64,000 nt of DNA, from positions 25,098-89,097 of the forward strand of contig DAOUEA010000071.1 of NCBI GenBank assembly GCA_034430475.1, written 5' to 3'. Position 1 is the first letter of the stretch, and every line of letters begins with the position of its first letter. Below, in pieces: positions 44,837-53,938 of the stretch. The stretch comes from Chloroflexota bacterium. Its GTDB lineage: Bacteria > Chloroflexota > Limnocylindria > Limnocylindrales > CSP1-4. The notes under the pieces are model-generated. The model searched no databases. It was not told the DNA's origin and saw only the letters and a program-made list of their open reading frames with translations. Made by a program: the position numbers and the translations under genes.

Positions 44837-47167
44837 ATGTCGGAGCCCTACCGAGATGCTGGGCTCTCCATAGAGGAACGGGTAGCGGACCTGCTGGCGC
44901 GCATGACGCCAGAGGAGAAGCTGGCTCAGCTTGGTTCCAGGTGGGCGCACGAGATCCTGGTGCGTGAGGTCTTCGACGAGGCGCTGGCAGCGGAGAAGAT
45001 CGGTCAGGGCATCGGCCACATGACGAGGATCTCGGGCGCCACGAACCTCGATCGACGCGGGGCGGCAGCCCTGGCCAACAGGATCCAGCGCTTCCTGGTC
45101 GAGCGGACACGCCTGGGCATCCCGGCCATCGTCCACGAGGAGAGCCTGCACGGCGTGCTGGCGCGCGAATCGGTCTGCTTCCCGCAGTCGATCGGGCTGG
45201 CCGCCACCTGGGACCCGGAGCTCGTCCGGGTCATGGCCGACCGTCTGCGCCAGGAGCTGCGGGCCATCGGCGCCCACCAATCCCTGGCGCCCCTCTTCGA
45301 CGTCTCCCGAGACCCTCGCTGGGGGCGCGTCGAGGAGACCTACGGCGAGGACCCGTATCTGGTAGCCGAGCTCGGTGCCGCCTACGTGCGCGGCATGCAG
45401 GGTGACGGCGGGCCGGGCGAACGGGTTCTGGCAACGGGCAAGCATTTCGTGGCCCACGGCGTGCCGGAAGGCGGGCTCAACCACGCCCCCTCGCACATCG
45501 GCCCGCGCGAGCTCCAGGATGTCTTCCTGTTCCCGTTCGAGGCGGGCGTCCGCGGCGCGGGTCTGCGTTCCGTGATGCACGCCTACGACGACATCGACGG
45601 CGTGCCCTGCGTCGCGTCTCACTACCTCTTGACCGAGGTGTTGCGCGAGAGGTGGGGCTTCGACGGCACCGTGGTCTCCGACTACGTCGGCGTGGACGAG
45701 CTGATCGGCGCCCATGCCGTAACTGCCGACGAGACGGAGGCCGCCGCCATGGCCCTTGAGGCCGGGCTGGACCTGGAGCTGCCGTCGGCCCGTTTCTACG
45801 CAGCCCCACTGGCACGTGCCATCGCCGCCGGCCGCGTCTCGCAAGCAGCGGTCGATACTGCCGTGGCCCGAGTTCTCCACGCCAAGTTCGAGCTGGGCCT
45901 GTTCGAGCAGCCGTACGTGGACCCCGAAGCGGCCGCTCTGCCGTATGAGGCCGACCGCAACCTGGCCCGAGAGCTGGCCCGGCGGTCCATCGTCCTGCTG
46001 GCCAACGACGGCACGCTGCCGCTCGATCCGAGCATCCGGAGCGTGGCCGTGGTCGGGCCCAACGCCGACAGCTCCCGGAACCTGCTTGGCGACTACGCCC
46101 ACCAGGCCCACATTGAGGCCCTCGTCGAGGGCGAGCTGGGCATCGAGGTGCCGGAGTGGCTGGCCGCGATGGACGAGTCGGCCGGCCACCGCACGATCCT
46201 GGACGCGGTCAGAGACCGCGTCGGTGCCGGGACGGAGATCCGCTTCGCTCCCGGCTGCGGCATCCTCGATCGCAGCGCCGACGGGATCCGGGCCGCCGCC
46301 AACGCCGCTCGCGGGGCCGACGTGGCGCTGGTCGTGGTGGGCGAGCGATCCGGCCTGACCAGGGATTGCACCTGTGGCGAGGCTCGTGACCGGATGGACG
46401 TCGGCCTGCCCGGCCGACAGAGCGAGCTCGTGGCCGCCGTGGCCGCCACGGGCACGCCGGTGGTGCTGGTCCTGGTATCGGGGCGGCCGCTGGCAATCGA
46501 GGCCGAGGCGGCGAGCGTCGCTGCCGTGGTCCATGCCTGGGTCCCCGGCGAAGAAGGGCCGGGGGCGCTGGCCGACGTTCTGTTCGGCGACGCCAATCCG
46601 GGCGGCAAGCTGCCGATCACCGTCCCGCGGCATTCCGGCCAGATTCCCATCTACTACGCCCACAAGCCGTCCGGCGGCCGATCGCAGTGGCACGGCTCGT
46701 ACGTCGACGGCTCCAACCTGCCCCTCTGGCCCTTCGGCTTCGGGATGTCGTACACGCAGTTCGAGATCGCGAACCTGAAGCTGGATCGCAGCCAGCTGGC
46801 CACCGACGGCGAGTTCACCGCCCGCGTCGAGGTCCACAACGTCGGCCAGCGCGCCGGGGACGAGGTCGTCGGGCTGTACGTTCGCGACGTGGAGGCCAGC
46901 GTGACGCGGCCGATCCTGCAGCTATGCGGTTTCAGGCGCGTCACGCTCGAGCCGGGCGAGAGGCGCCAGGTCTCCTTCCGGGTCGGCGCGGAGCAGCTTG
47001 CGTTTACAGGCATCGACGGCCGCCTGCGCCTGGAACCCGGCCGTATCATCGTCATGGCCGGCAACTCCTCGAACGACCTGCCCTGCAGCGCGGAGTTGGA
47101 GATCGTGGGCGAGGCTGTCGTCATCGAGCGGCGGACCCGCTACTTCACCGAAACCACGGTCGAGTAG
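44837..47167 (+). CDS. Cytoplasmic glycoside hydrolase family 3 (beta-glucosidase/beta-xylosidase type, with C-terminal Fn3-like domain)
   Basis: 776 aa with no signal peptide. EEKLAQL, KHF.AHG and nucleophile region FDGTVVSDY. Fn3-like C-terminal end (FTARVEVHNVGQRAGDEVVGLYV). Confidence 0.9.
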   Translation: MSEPYRDAGLSIEERVADLLARMTPEEKLAQLGSRWAHEILVREVFDEALAAEKIGQGIGHMTRISGATNLDRRGAAALANRIQRFLVERTRLGIPAIVHEESLHGVLARESVCFPQSIGLAATWDPELVRVMADRLRQELRAIGAHQSLAPLFDVSRDPRWGRVEETYGEDPYLVAELGAAYVRGMQGDGGPGERVLATGKHFVAHGVPEGGLNHAPSHIGPRELQDVFLFPFEAGVRGAGLRSVMHAYDDIDGVPCVASHYLLTEVLRERWGFDGTVVSDYVGVDELIGAHAVTADETEAAAMALEAGLDLELPSARFYAAPLARAIAAGRVSQAAVDTAVARVLHAKFELGLFEQPYVDPEAAALPYEADRNLARELARRSIVLLANDGTLPLDPSIRSVAVVGPNADSSRNLLGDYAHQAHIEALVEGELGIEVPEWLAAMDESAGHRTILDAVRDRVGAGTEIRFAPGCGILDRSADGIRAAANAARGADVALVVVGERSGLTRDCTCGEARDRMDVGLPGRQSELVAAVAATGTPVVLVLVSGRPLAIEAEAASVAAVVHAWVPGEEGPGALADVLFGDANPGGKLPITVPRHSGQIPIYYAHKPSGGRSQWHGSYVDGSNLPLWPFGFGMSYTQFEIANLKLDRSQLATDGEFTARVEVHNVGQRAGDEVVGLYVRDVEASVTRPILQLCGFRRVTLEPGERRQVSFRVGAEQLAFTGIDGRLRLEPGRIIVMAGNSSNDLPCSAELEIVGEAVVIERRTRYFTETTVE

Positions 47168-47196
47168 CCCGCGTCGCCGGACCGCTCACGGAAGAC

Positions 47197-47259
47197 TGCC
47201 CTTGCGCGGTCAGGGCCGCGCTTCGCGCGGTCGGTCAGCCTGCGCTTCGCGCGGTCAGG
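47197..47259. repeat. Three tandem copies (about 24-bp period) of a hairpin-forming unit in a convergent intergenic region
   Basis: GCGCTTCGCGCGGTC occurs exactly at 47218-47232 and 47242-47256, with a partial copy TTGCGCGGTCAGG at 47202-47214. Each full unit contains CCGCGC-ttc-GCGCGG or GCGC-ttc-GCGC stems. The last copy overlaps the PfkB stop codon. Confidence 0.7.
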
Positions 47260-48178
47260 AGTGGGCTTCCTGCAGCCGCAGGGCGACGTCTTCCAGGGTC
47301 CCCTTGAACGGCCCGGGCGTCTCCATCTTGATCGAAACCAAGGCGGCCGCGAACCTCAGCGATGCCGCCGGGTCGTGGTCCAGACGGTGGGAGAGGTACG
47401 CGGCGAAGGTGGTGTCGCCGCGGCCGGTCCGGCCCGCCGAGCTCTTGTTCGAGAACTTCTCGTAGAGGGTCTGGCCGTTCACGCGCGCCAGCACGCCGGG
47501 AGAGTGAGTGATCACGACCTCCGGGCAACCCCAGCTTTCGACGATGACGGCCGCCTTCTCCAGGTCGTCGGTTCCGGTGAGGATGCGGGCTTCGACGACG
47601 TCCAGCTTCACCTTGTCCATCATCGAGACGATCTCACGCTTGTCGGCGACGTCGCTGAACTCGATCTCGCGGCTGGGCGTCACGTGCCGGACGAAGCTCT
47701 GCAGGTCGACCGAGAGGCTGTAGCCCCTGGCTTTGAGGCCCTGCATGAGCGGCATGTCGAACTCCGTGTCCGAGATGCCTGCCAGGTGAGCGCATCGGGT
47801 CTGGAGGGGCGGCACGTCCGAGGCTGAGATCAGGCCCGCGGACTTGACCAGGATCAGCCGCCGCTCGTCGACGTTCTCCGACTCGTGCACAACCCGGGAG
47901 TAGGTCGTCTCGGCGCTCGGAACGAGATACGTGTCGACGCCCACCTCGCGCATCGGCTCGAGGATGTGCTCGTCCTGGGGGGACATCTTGACCACGGCCG
48001 CGACGCGTTTTCCCACTCTCGCGGCGACCATGGCGCCGCACAGGACGGCGCTTCCCGGAGCGACGTGAGGCTCTCCCCCGAAGGGCGTGATCTCGTCGTA
48101 GCACATGTGGCCGACGAACGTGATGTCGTAGGTGATTGGCATCTCAGTCGACTTCCCGGTCATATCCATGCGGTCCAA
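47255..48178 (-). CDS. PfkB/ribokinase-family carbohydrate kinase, substrate unknown
   Basis: 307 aa. Overall ribokinase-like layout with the C-terminal anion-hole region TGRGDTTFAAYL, a variant of the DTxGAGD signature. The start may be the ATG at 48142, one nt after the GH116 stop. Confidence 0.65.
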   Translation of the reverse strand: MDRMDMTGKSTEMPITYDITFVGHMCYDEITPFGGEPHVAPGSAVLCGAMVAARVGKRVAAVVKMSPQDEHILEPMREVGVDTYLVPSAETTYSRVVHESENVDERRLILVKSAGLISASDVPPLQTRCAHLAGISDTEFDMPLMQGLKARGYSLSVDLQSFVRHVTPSREIEFSDVADKREIVSMMDKVKLDVVEARILTGTDDLEKAAVIVESWGCPEVVITHSPGVLARVNGQTLYEKFSNKSSAGRTGRGDTTFAAYLSHRLDHDPAASLRFAAALVSIKMETPGPFKGTLEDVALRLQEAHS

Positions 48179-50765
48179 TGGGTGTCGCGGCGCCGCCTGG
48201 CCGTCGCTTGTCCGAGCCCTTGAGCAGCTCGGAGAAGAACGGCATCAGGTCGGACGGCTCCAGGGTCTTGGTCCCCCGCTTCGCCTGCAGGTCCTTGACG
48301 TGGTTCAGGACCAGGTGCGTCCACACCGCGCCGGGGCGAGGATAGGCGGCGACGATGTAGTGAGGTCCGGGGGCGGGCTCTCCGGCTTCCTGCTCCAGCT
48401 CCGCCCGGAGGTTGTCCGGGGTGATCATGGAGTTGGAGTAGTCGAAGACGACTCGGTCCATGTGCTTGTAGACCTTCTTGCTCTCCCTGGTCATGCCGTA
48501 GTAGTCGAGCAGCTGGGCAAGGACGTAGTTGGACGTGGTGTAGACGTCCTTCCCCTGGTCCGACTCCACCGGCTGTCCGTCCTCGGTCTTGCACATGGCC
48601 CAGCCCATGAAGGAGTGGTTGTTGCGGTAGATGGTCTTGAGGATCTTCCTGGCGTGATCGTCCGAGATGAAGGGCTCCTCGCCGATGGAGATCAGGTACC
48701 AGAGAGCATCGAGCTGGTTGGTCCAGACGTCGGTGTTGGCGACCTCGGTCTCGGGATCGAAGCAGGTGACGTAGTACTGGAGCCGCTCGCCCTTCGCGTT
48801 CTTCGTGTCCCGCCACAGCCTCTCTAGACTGGCCCAGCCCTTGTCGAAAACCGCCCTGATCCGCGCCTCGCCCTCGGCGTCCCCGAGCATCTGGGCCATC
48901 TTGAGCATGGCCTGGCAGCCGCCCAGGAACTGCGTGGCGTCGTACGCGTCGGCGCCGAACAGGACCAGGTTGTCGAAGGTGTTCTTGACTTCGTCGGGGT
49001 AGCCCTCGGGTAGGCCGTCCTCGTCGAAGTCGAGCTTGAGCAGGGTCTCCAGGCCGAACTTGAGGGTCTCCCAGTTCTGCCGCAGGAAGTCGACATCGCC
49101 CGTGAACTTGACGTTGCGCAGGACGCGCATCGCCAGCTTGGGAAACAGGTCCACCCAGTAGTTGCTGTTGTACCAGGCGTAGTCGTTGACGTTGCGCAGG
49201 GGATGACCCTTGGGCATGGCCCCAAGATCGTGGGCCACGCTGCCCAGCGTCTTGTAGGCGGCCCGGATCTGGGTCATCGACTCGTCTTCGTACTCCTCCG
49301 GGTGCTCTTCGAAGTGCTGCCTGGCCTCGACGAAGGAGGCGTGGTAGTGGTACCAGTGCGGGCTGGGATCCTCGGCCCGGATCGAATCGATGAAGCCCTG
49401 GCAGAGGTCCTTCTCCACGCGCGGGGCGAGCATCAGCAGCACCATCGAGTACCAGTCCACGTCCGAGGGATCGATGTAGGCGTAGTCGAAGCACTCCAGG
49501 AAACGGGCGCGCTCGCGGCCCTGCTCGTCCTCGATCCAGACGATGGCGTTGGAGAGCGGGAAGTGCAGCTCGTTGAGGATGAGCCGGGTCAGGCGCAGGG
49601 CGCCGGCGCGGTCGGTCCGGTATGAAGGGCTGGAGTGGATCCCTTCAAAGACCCGCCGCTGGATTGCCGCGGTCCGGTCCTGCCAGAGCGTGTAGCTCTC
49701 CAGGGCGAGCCTGGCCATCTCTGCAGGCCGAGCGCCGGCATCCTCGAAGCTCTTGACGTACTTGCGGTCGAACGTCGTGCCGTCGATGTAGGACTGCACC
49801 GGGAAGTCGAGGACCACGGCCACCGGGATCTTCCGCGACGCCTTCGGCCCCAGGCTGAATGTCAGGCCGACGGCGGCCCCATAGTCGCTCCGGAGGACCG
49901 GCTGGCGCTTCTCGTAGAAGCTGCCGTCGGCGGCCAGGAGGAGGTCCTCCTTGTAGCGGTTCAAGCAGAAGTACGGCTGCACGTCCACGCTGACGCCCGG
50001 CATCTCGGGGACGGCCAGTGCCATGCGGTTCTGCGTCTCCGTGCTGCCCATGACCACGCCCCGCATGCCCGCCGAACGGAGCTCCTGGTGCTCGTGGCCG
50101 TGGACGGCCGCGGTGCTGACGTAGACGCTGTCCTGGTCGGTGGGCTTGAGCTCCTTCTCCTGGAGGTTGACCAGAGATGGCCGTGGAACGACGAGCGTGA
50201 TCTCCCGGGCCTCGTCGGAGGCGTTCTCGACCTCGAACTCCTCGACGCCCAGGGGCATCAGGGCCTGCTCGTTGCCGGAGAGCAGCGGCGAGATGAGCCT
50301 GCGGGTGACCTTGACCTTGCCGAGCTTGAAGGCCATCTCCAGGGAGGGCGTGGCCACACTGAGAGAGACGTTCCGGACGCCGGCCGGGGCGTGGTAGTAG
50401 TTCCTGGTCATGGGGATGTCGTCGGGCAGCTCCGACTCTCCCGGCTGTTTCTGAGTCAGCAGCGTGCACTTGCCGCCGAGGCGGATGAAGGGAGCGGAGC
50501 CGAGCTGGACAGCATTCTGGTTCAGCATGATCAGCCGGCCCGCGTCGTTCAGGCGGTTGTAGAGGCCGTACGGCGAGATGCCGATCGAGCAGGTGGGCGC
50601 TCCCTGGAGGGCCACCGTCTGCGGGAACTGGAGAGTCTTGGACATGCCCTGGAAGTGGACCGTCATCCTGTTCTGCTCGTAGATGGCGGCGATCCTGGGC
50701 CCGGAGATGGTGTAGATCTCGCGGACGTCGAAGGCGGCGGGTTCGGGAGTCCTGGTCTTGCTCAT
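48144..50765 (-). CDS. Glycoside hydrolase family 116-like (GBA2-type beta-glucosidase/xylosidase; N-terminal GH116N plus DUF608-type catalytic domain)
   Basis: 873 aa. FLECFDYAYIDPSDVDWYSMVLLMLAPRVEKDL parallels the GBA2 segment EG.Y..YNTYDVHFYASFAL..LWP.LE. HDLGAMP...NDYAWYNSNYWVDLFPKLAMRVLRNVKFTGDVDFL and FDEDGLPEG parallel GBA2 HDIG..., WKDLN.KFVLQ and FD.D.DGLIEN. Confidence 0.72.
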   Translation of the reverse strand: MSKTRTPEPAAFDVREIYTISGPRIAAIYEQNRMTVHFQGMSKTLQFPQTVALQGAPTCSIGISPYGLYNRLNDAGRLIMLNQNAVQLGSAPFIRLGGKCTLLTQKQPGESELPDDIPMTRNYYHAPAGVRNVSLSVATPSLEMAFKLGKVKVTRRLISPLLSGNEQALMPLGVEEFEVENASDEAREITLVVPRPSLVNLQEKELKPTDQDSVYVSTAAVHGHEHQELRSAGMRGVVMGSTETQNRMALAVPEMPGVSVDVQPYFCLNRYKEDLLLAADGSFYEKRQPVLRSDYGAAVGLTFSLGPKASRKIPVAVVLDFPVQSYIDGTTFDRKYVKSFEDAGARPAEMARLALESYTLWQDRTAAIQRRVFEGIHSSPSYRTDRAGALRLTRLILNELHFPLSNAIVWIEDEQGRERARFLECFDYAYIDPSDVDWYSMVLLMLAPRVEKDLCQGFIDSIRAEDPSPHWYHYHASFVEARQHFEEHPEEYEDESMTQIRAAYKTLGSVAHDLGAMPKGHPLRNVNDYAWYNSNYWVDLFPKLAMRVLRNVKFTGDVDFLRQNWETLKFGLETLLKLDFDEDGLPEGYPDEVKNTFDNLVLFGADAYDATQFLGGCQAMLKMAQMLGDAEGEARIRAVFDKGWASLERLWRDTKNAKGERLQYYVTCFDPETEVANTDVWTNQLDALWYLISIGEEPFISDDHARKILKTIYRNNHSFMGWAMCKTEDGQPVESDQGKDVYTTSNYVLAQLLDYYGMTRESKKVYKHMDRVVFDYSNSMITPDNLRAELEQEAGEPAPGPHYIVAAYPRPGAVWTHLVLNHVKDLQAKRGTKTLEPSDLMPFFSELLKGSDKRRPGGAATPIGPHGYDREVD

Positions 50766-50878
50766 CGGTCGCTCATGGTTCGTCCCGGGCAGTCGGCGGA
50801 TGGAAGGATGGAAGCGACGCGTTTCCGGGGATCCGGGCCGGACGCGGACCGCGCCCGGCCGGCGGAAGGCGCGTCAGC

Positions 50879-52723
50879 CTAGCACTTGCCTCCCCACGGG
50901 TTGGGCTGCCTGCCGGCCGGCTTCCTGGCCGGCTTCTTCGGGGCAGCCGGCGCCCGGGCCGGGAGGTCCTTCTCGGCGCTAAGGTCGATCGGCATCTTCG
51001 TCGTAGGATACGGCTTGACCGCCCCGAAGAGCAGATCCGCGGCAATCCGGATCGAATCGGGCGAGCCCGAGAAGTTGCAGACCACGGCGTCGGCTTCGCT
51101 GGTCGTACCCCGGAGATAGGGGAAGTTGGTGACGACGACGACGGTATGGCCGGCGTCCTTCAGAGCCTTGACCAGGTGCTGATTGTTGCCTCGCTTCTCG
51201 ATGCGAGCGTAGTAGTTGGTCATGACGACCAGGTCGGCCTCTTTGGCCAGCCGCAGCGCCTCCTCCACGTCTTCGTCGGCCGCATGGAAGGCGGTGTCGT
51301 CCAGGATGAGGTTGATGGAGTGCTTGGCCATCTGCTCACAGAACATGTGCGGATGACTGTACAGGTCCTTCCCCAGGAAGGAGTAGGGGATGCACTGCTC
51401 GATGACCAGGATCTTCTTGTCCTTGCTCAGCGGCAGCAGCTTCTTGCCGTCGCGGACGACCAGGAGGGCCTTCTGCGCTACCTCCCTGGAGAAGCCCTGG
51501 ACCTCCGTGCTCCAGACGTGAGCCCGAGTCCTGGCCGGATCCATCTTGCCGGCCTTCTCGAACAGGCCCTGGTCGTACTTCATGCAAAGCAGCCGGCGGC
51601 AGGCGTCGGTGAGCCTCTCTTCGGACAGCTCGCCGCGCTCGACGGCGCTCTTGATTCCGAAGAAGCACTGGGCGCGTGACTCGTCGTCCGCCTTGAGAAG
51701 GATCGTGTCCACGCCCGCCTTGATCGCCATGGCGCAGGCCTGGGGGAGCGGCCACTTCTTGAGAATGGCGGCCATGCCGATGGCGTCCGAGACGATGACG
51801 CCGTCGAACCCCATCTCGCCGCGCAGCAGGTCGGCCAGGATCTTGCGCGAGAGAGTGGCCGGATACTCCTTGTCGAAGGCGGGGAAGATGGTGTGGGCCG
51901 TCATCAGGGCCCGGGCGCCGGCGTCGATGCCGGCCTGGAAGGTGACCAGCTCGACCTCGCGCATTCGCTTCTCGTCGCCCCGGCAGACATCCAGCACGTC
52001 GTGGGCGTCGGTCGCCGAGTCGCCGCGGCCGGCGAAGTGCTTCACGGTGGCCGTGATCCCGGCGTCCTGGTAGCCGCGCACCGTCGCCGCCACGAACCTG
52101 GCGCATACCTGCGGGTCGTCGCCGAAGGAGCGCACCCCGATCTCGGGGTTGAGGGGGTTGATGTTGACGTCGCAGACCGGGTGGTAGAACTGCGTCACCC
52201 CCATGGCGGCCATCTGCTGGCCGAGCGTGTTCGCCACCTTGTAGGCCAGGTCGACGTCGCCGATGGCGGTCATGCCCATGGGCGGAGGGAACTGGACGAC
52301 GTGGCCGGAGGTGAAGTCGTTCTTGAAGTCGCCCTCCATGTCGATGGTGACGTGCAGGGGGATGCCCGACGGCCGGGACAGGGCGATCTCCTGCAGCCGG
52401 TTGAGGGCGACAGTGAGCTCCTCCGGGGTGACGCTCACGCCGAAGCTGCGATCGTCGAAGTAGGTGTGCGCGATGTCGAAGTAGTCCTTCGGCTTCTTGA
52501 AGTCGGGGTCGACCTGCGAGCGCCCCCAGTAGAGGTTCTTGCAGGTCTCAAGCGCATACGGCTCCAGGCAAACGCCGCCGGCGTGGAGCCGGGTGATCTG
52601 CTCGACCCCCGAAGGCGTCAGATACGCCCCACGCCAGGTAAACGTGAGCACCTGGCCGCACTTCTCGGCCAGGGTCATGCTCGCCAGCTTCTCTGAGACA
52701 AAGGCGTCTCGGTCCTTCGACAT
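50879..52723 (-). CDS. Cytoplasmic glycoside hydrolase family 3 (NagZ/BglX-like two-domain enzyme)
   Basis: 614 aa. GGAGGAG upstream. LAEKCGQ, KHFAGRGDSATDAH and nucleophile region FDGVIVSDAIGM. Confidence 0.85.
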   Translation of the reverse strand: MSKDRDAFVSEKLASMTLAEKCGQVLTFTWRGAYLTPSGVEQITRLHAGGVCLEPYALETCKNLYWGRSQVDPDFKKPKDYFDIAHTYFDDRSFGVSVTPEELTVALNRLQEIALSRPSGIPLHVTIDMEGDFKNDFTSGHVVQFPPPMGMTAIGDVDLAYKVANTLGQQMAAMGVTQFYHPVCDVNINPLNPEIGVRSFGDDPQVCARFVAATVRGYQDAGITATVKHFAGRGDSATDAHDVLDVCRGDEKRMREVELVTFQAGIDAGARALMTAHTIFPAFDKEYPATLSRKILADLLRGEMGFDGVIVSDAIGMAAILKKWPLPQACAMAIKAGVDTILLKADDESRAQCFFGIKSAVERGELSEERLTDACRRLLCMKYDQGLFEKAGKMDPARTRAHVWSTEVQGFSREVAQKALLVVRDGKKLLPLSKDKKILVIEQCIPYSFLGKDLYSHPHMFCEQMAKHSINLILDDTAFHAADEDVEEALRLAKEADLVVMTNYYARIEKRGNNQHLVKALKDAGHTVVVVTNFPYLRGTTSEADAVVCNFSGSPDSIRIAADLLFGAVKPYPTTKMPIDLSAEKDLPARAPAAPKKPARKPAGRQPNPWGGKC

Positions 52724-52768
52724 CTAGGGTCTCCTCCGGGGGTCTTGGTTCAGTTGCTGGATGGGTGC

Positions 52769-53938
52769 CTACGGCCCGTCGTGGGCAGCCACGGCTACCG
52801 GTCCGGACGAATCGCGGATCACGAGGTCAGGCTTGAGGATGCGGAGCGTGACCGCGTCGGGACCGCTTTGCTCTTCGACGGCCGCCTTGACGGCCGCGGC
52901 CGCCATTTGAGCGATCGGCATGTGCACGGTCGTCAGGGCCGGGGTCGTGTACTCGGCCATCGGCAGGTCGTCGAAGCCGACGATGGAGATCTCGCCGGGG
53001 ACGTCGATATCGGCTCCGCAGGCCGCATGGAGCGCGCCGATGGCCAGCACGTCGGTGGAGGCCATGATCGCCGTGGGCCGTTCCGGGAGCTCCATCAGCT
53101 CCCTGAGGGCCTGGGCGCCGCCGGGCAGGGTGTTGTGAGCGTCCCGCACGTACGACTCGGGTATGGCCAGCCCTTCGGCCCCCGCCCGCTCCAGGAACGC
53201 TGCTCGCCGCTCGCCGATGTCGCCGATCAGCTGGCCCTCCGAAAAGGCGCCGCCCACGAAGGCGATGCGCCGGTGTCCCAGCCCGAGCAGATGGGTCATC
53301 AGGCCCTCGATGCCGGCCCGGTTGTCCACACCGACGACGGAGGTGCCGGGCATGGGCCGGGTGCCCTGCCACAGGCCCACGACGGGGAAGTTGGAATCGC
53401 GCAGTTCCTGCATGATGCGGGGCTGCTCGCTGGTATCACCGACGAGCAGGATGGCGTCGCAGTGCCGCGTCTCCAGCACGGCGCGCAGGGCGATGGCTTC
53501 TTCCGTTCGACCGTGGGCATGGCCGAGCACCACGTTGTAGCCGCGGCGGCTGGCTTCGGTGGAGATGGCGTCGATGGCGCCGGAGAAGAACGGGTCGGTG
53601 ATCTCGCGAACGATCACGCCCAGGAGCATCGTTCGCGCGCCGCGCAGGCCGCGAGCCAGGGGGTTGGGCCGATAGCGCATCTGGTGCGCGACCTCGAGGA
53701 TCCGCTCCCGCGTGGCAGGGTTGATGGGAATGGCGTTGGGCGCCCCGGTCAGGACGCGCGAGACCGTGCTCTGCGAGACGCCCGCGGCGCGGGCAATGTC
53801 CTGCATCGTGGGTGGGCGGCCTTGCCTTGCGGCCAGCAGCGCCACGTGATCGCCGGTCCGTGGTTCGGCCGGTTGCGATTCCCGCCGGGTCCTTTCGCGT
53901 CGAGCGCCCGATACGCTCTTTCGGGGTGGGATTGCCAT
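52769..53938 (-). CDS. LacI-family transcriptional regulator
   Basis: HTH TMQDIARAAGVSQSTVSRVL followed by a periplasmic-binding-protein-like sugar domain. The ATG at 53938 overlaps the abfA stop (TGATG) and gives a 44-aa basic N-terminal extension; an alternative GTG lies near 53845. Confidence 0.9.
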   Translation of the reverse strand: MAIPPRKSVSGARRERTRRESQPAEPRTGDHVALLAARQGRPPTMQDIARAAGVSQSTVSRVLTGAPNAIPINPATRERILEVAHQMRYRPNPLARGLRGARTMLLGVIVREITDPFFSGAIDAISTEASRRGYNVVLGHAHGRTEEAIALRAVLETRHCDAILLVGDTSEQPRIMQELRDSNFPVVGLWQGTRPMPGTSVVGVDNRAGIEGLMTHLLGLGHRRIAFVGGAFSEGQLIGDIGERRAAFLERAGAEGLAIPESYVRDAHNTLPGGAQALRELMELPERPTAIMASTDVLAIGALHAACGADIDVPGEISIVGFDDLPMAEYTTPALTTVHMPIAQMAAAAVKAAVEEQSGPDAVTLRILKPDLVIRDSSGPVAVAAHDGP

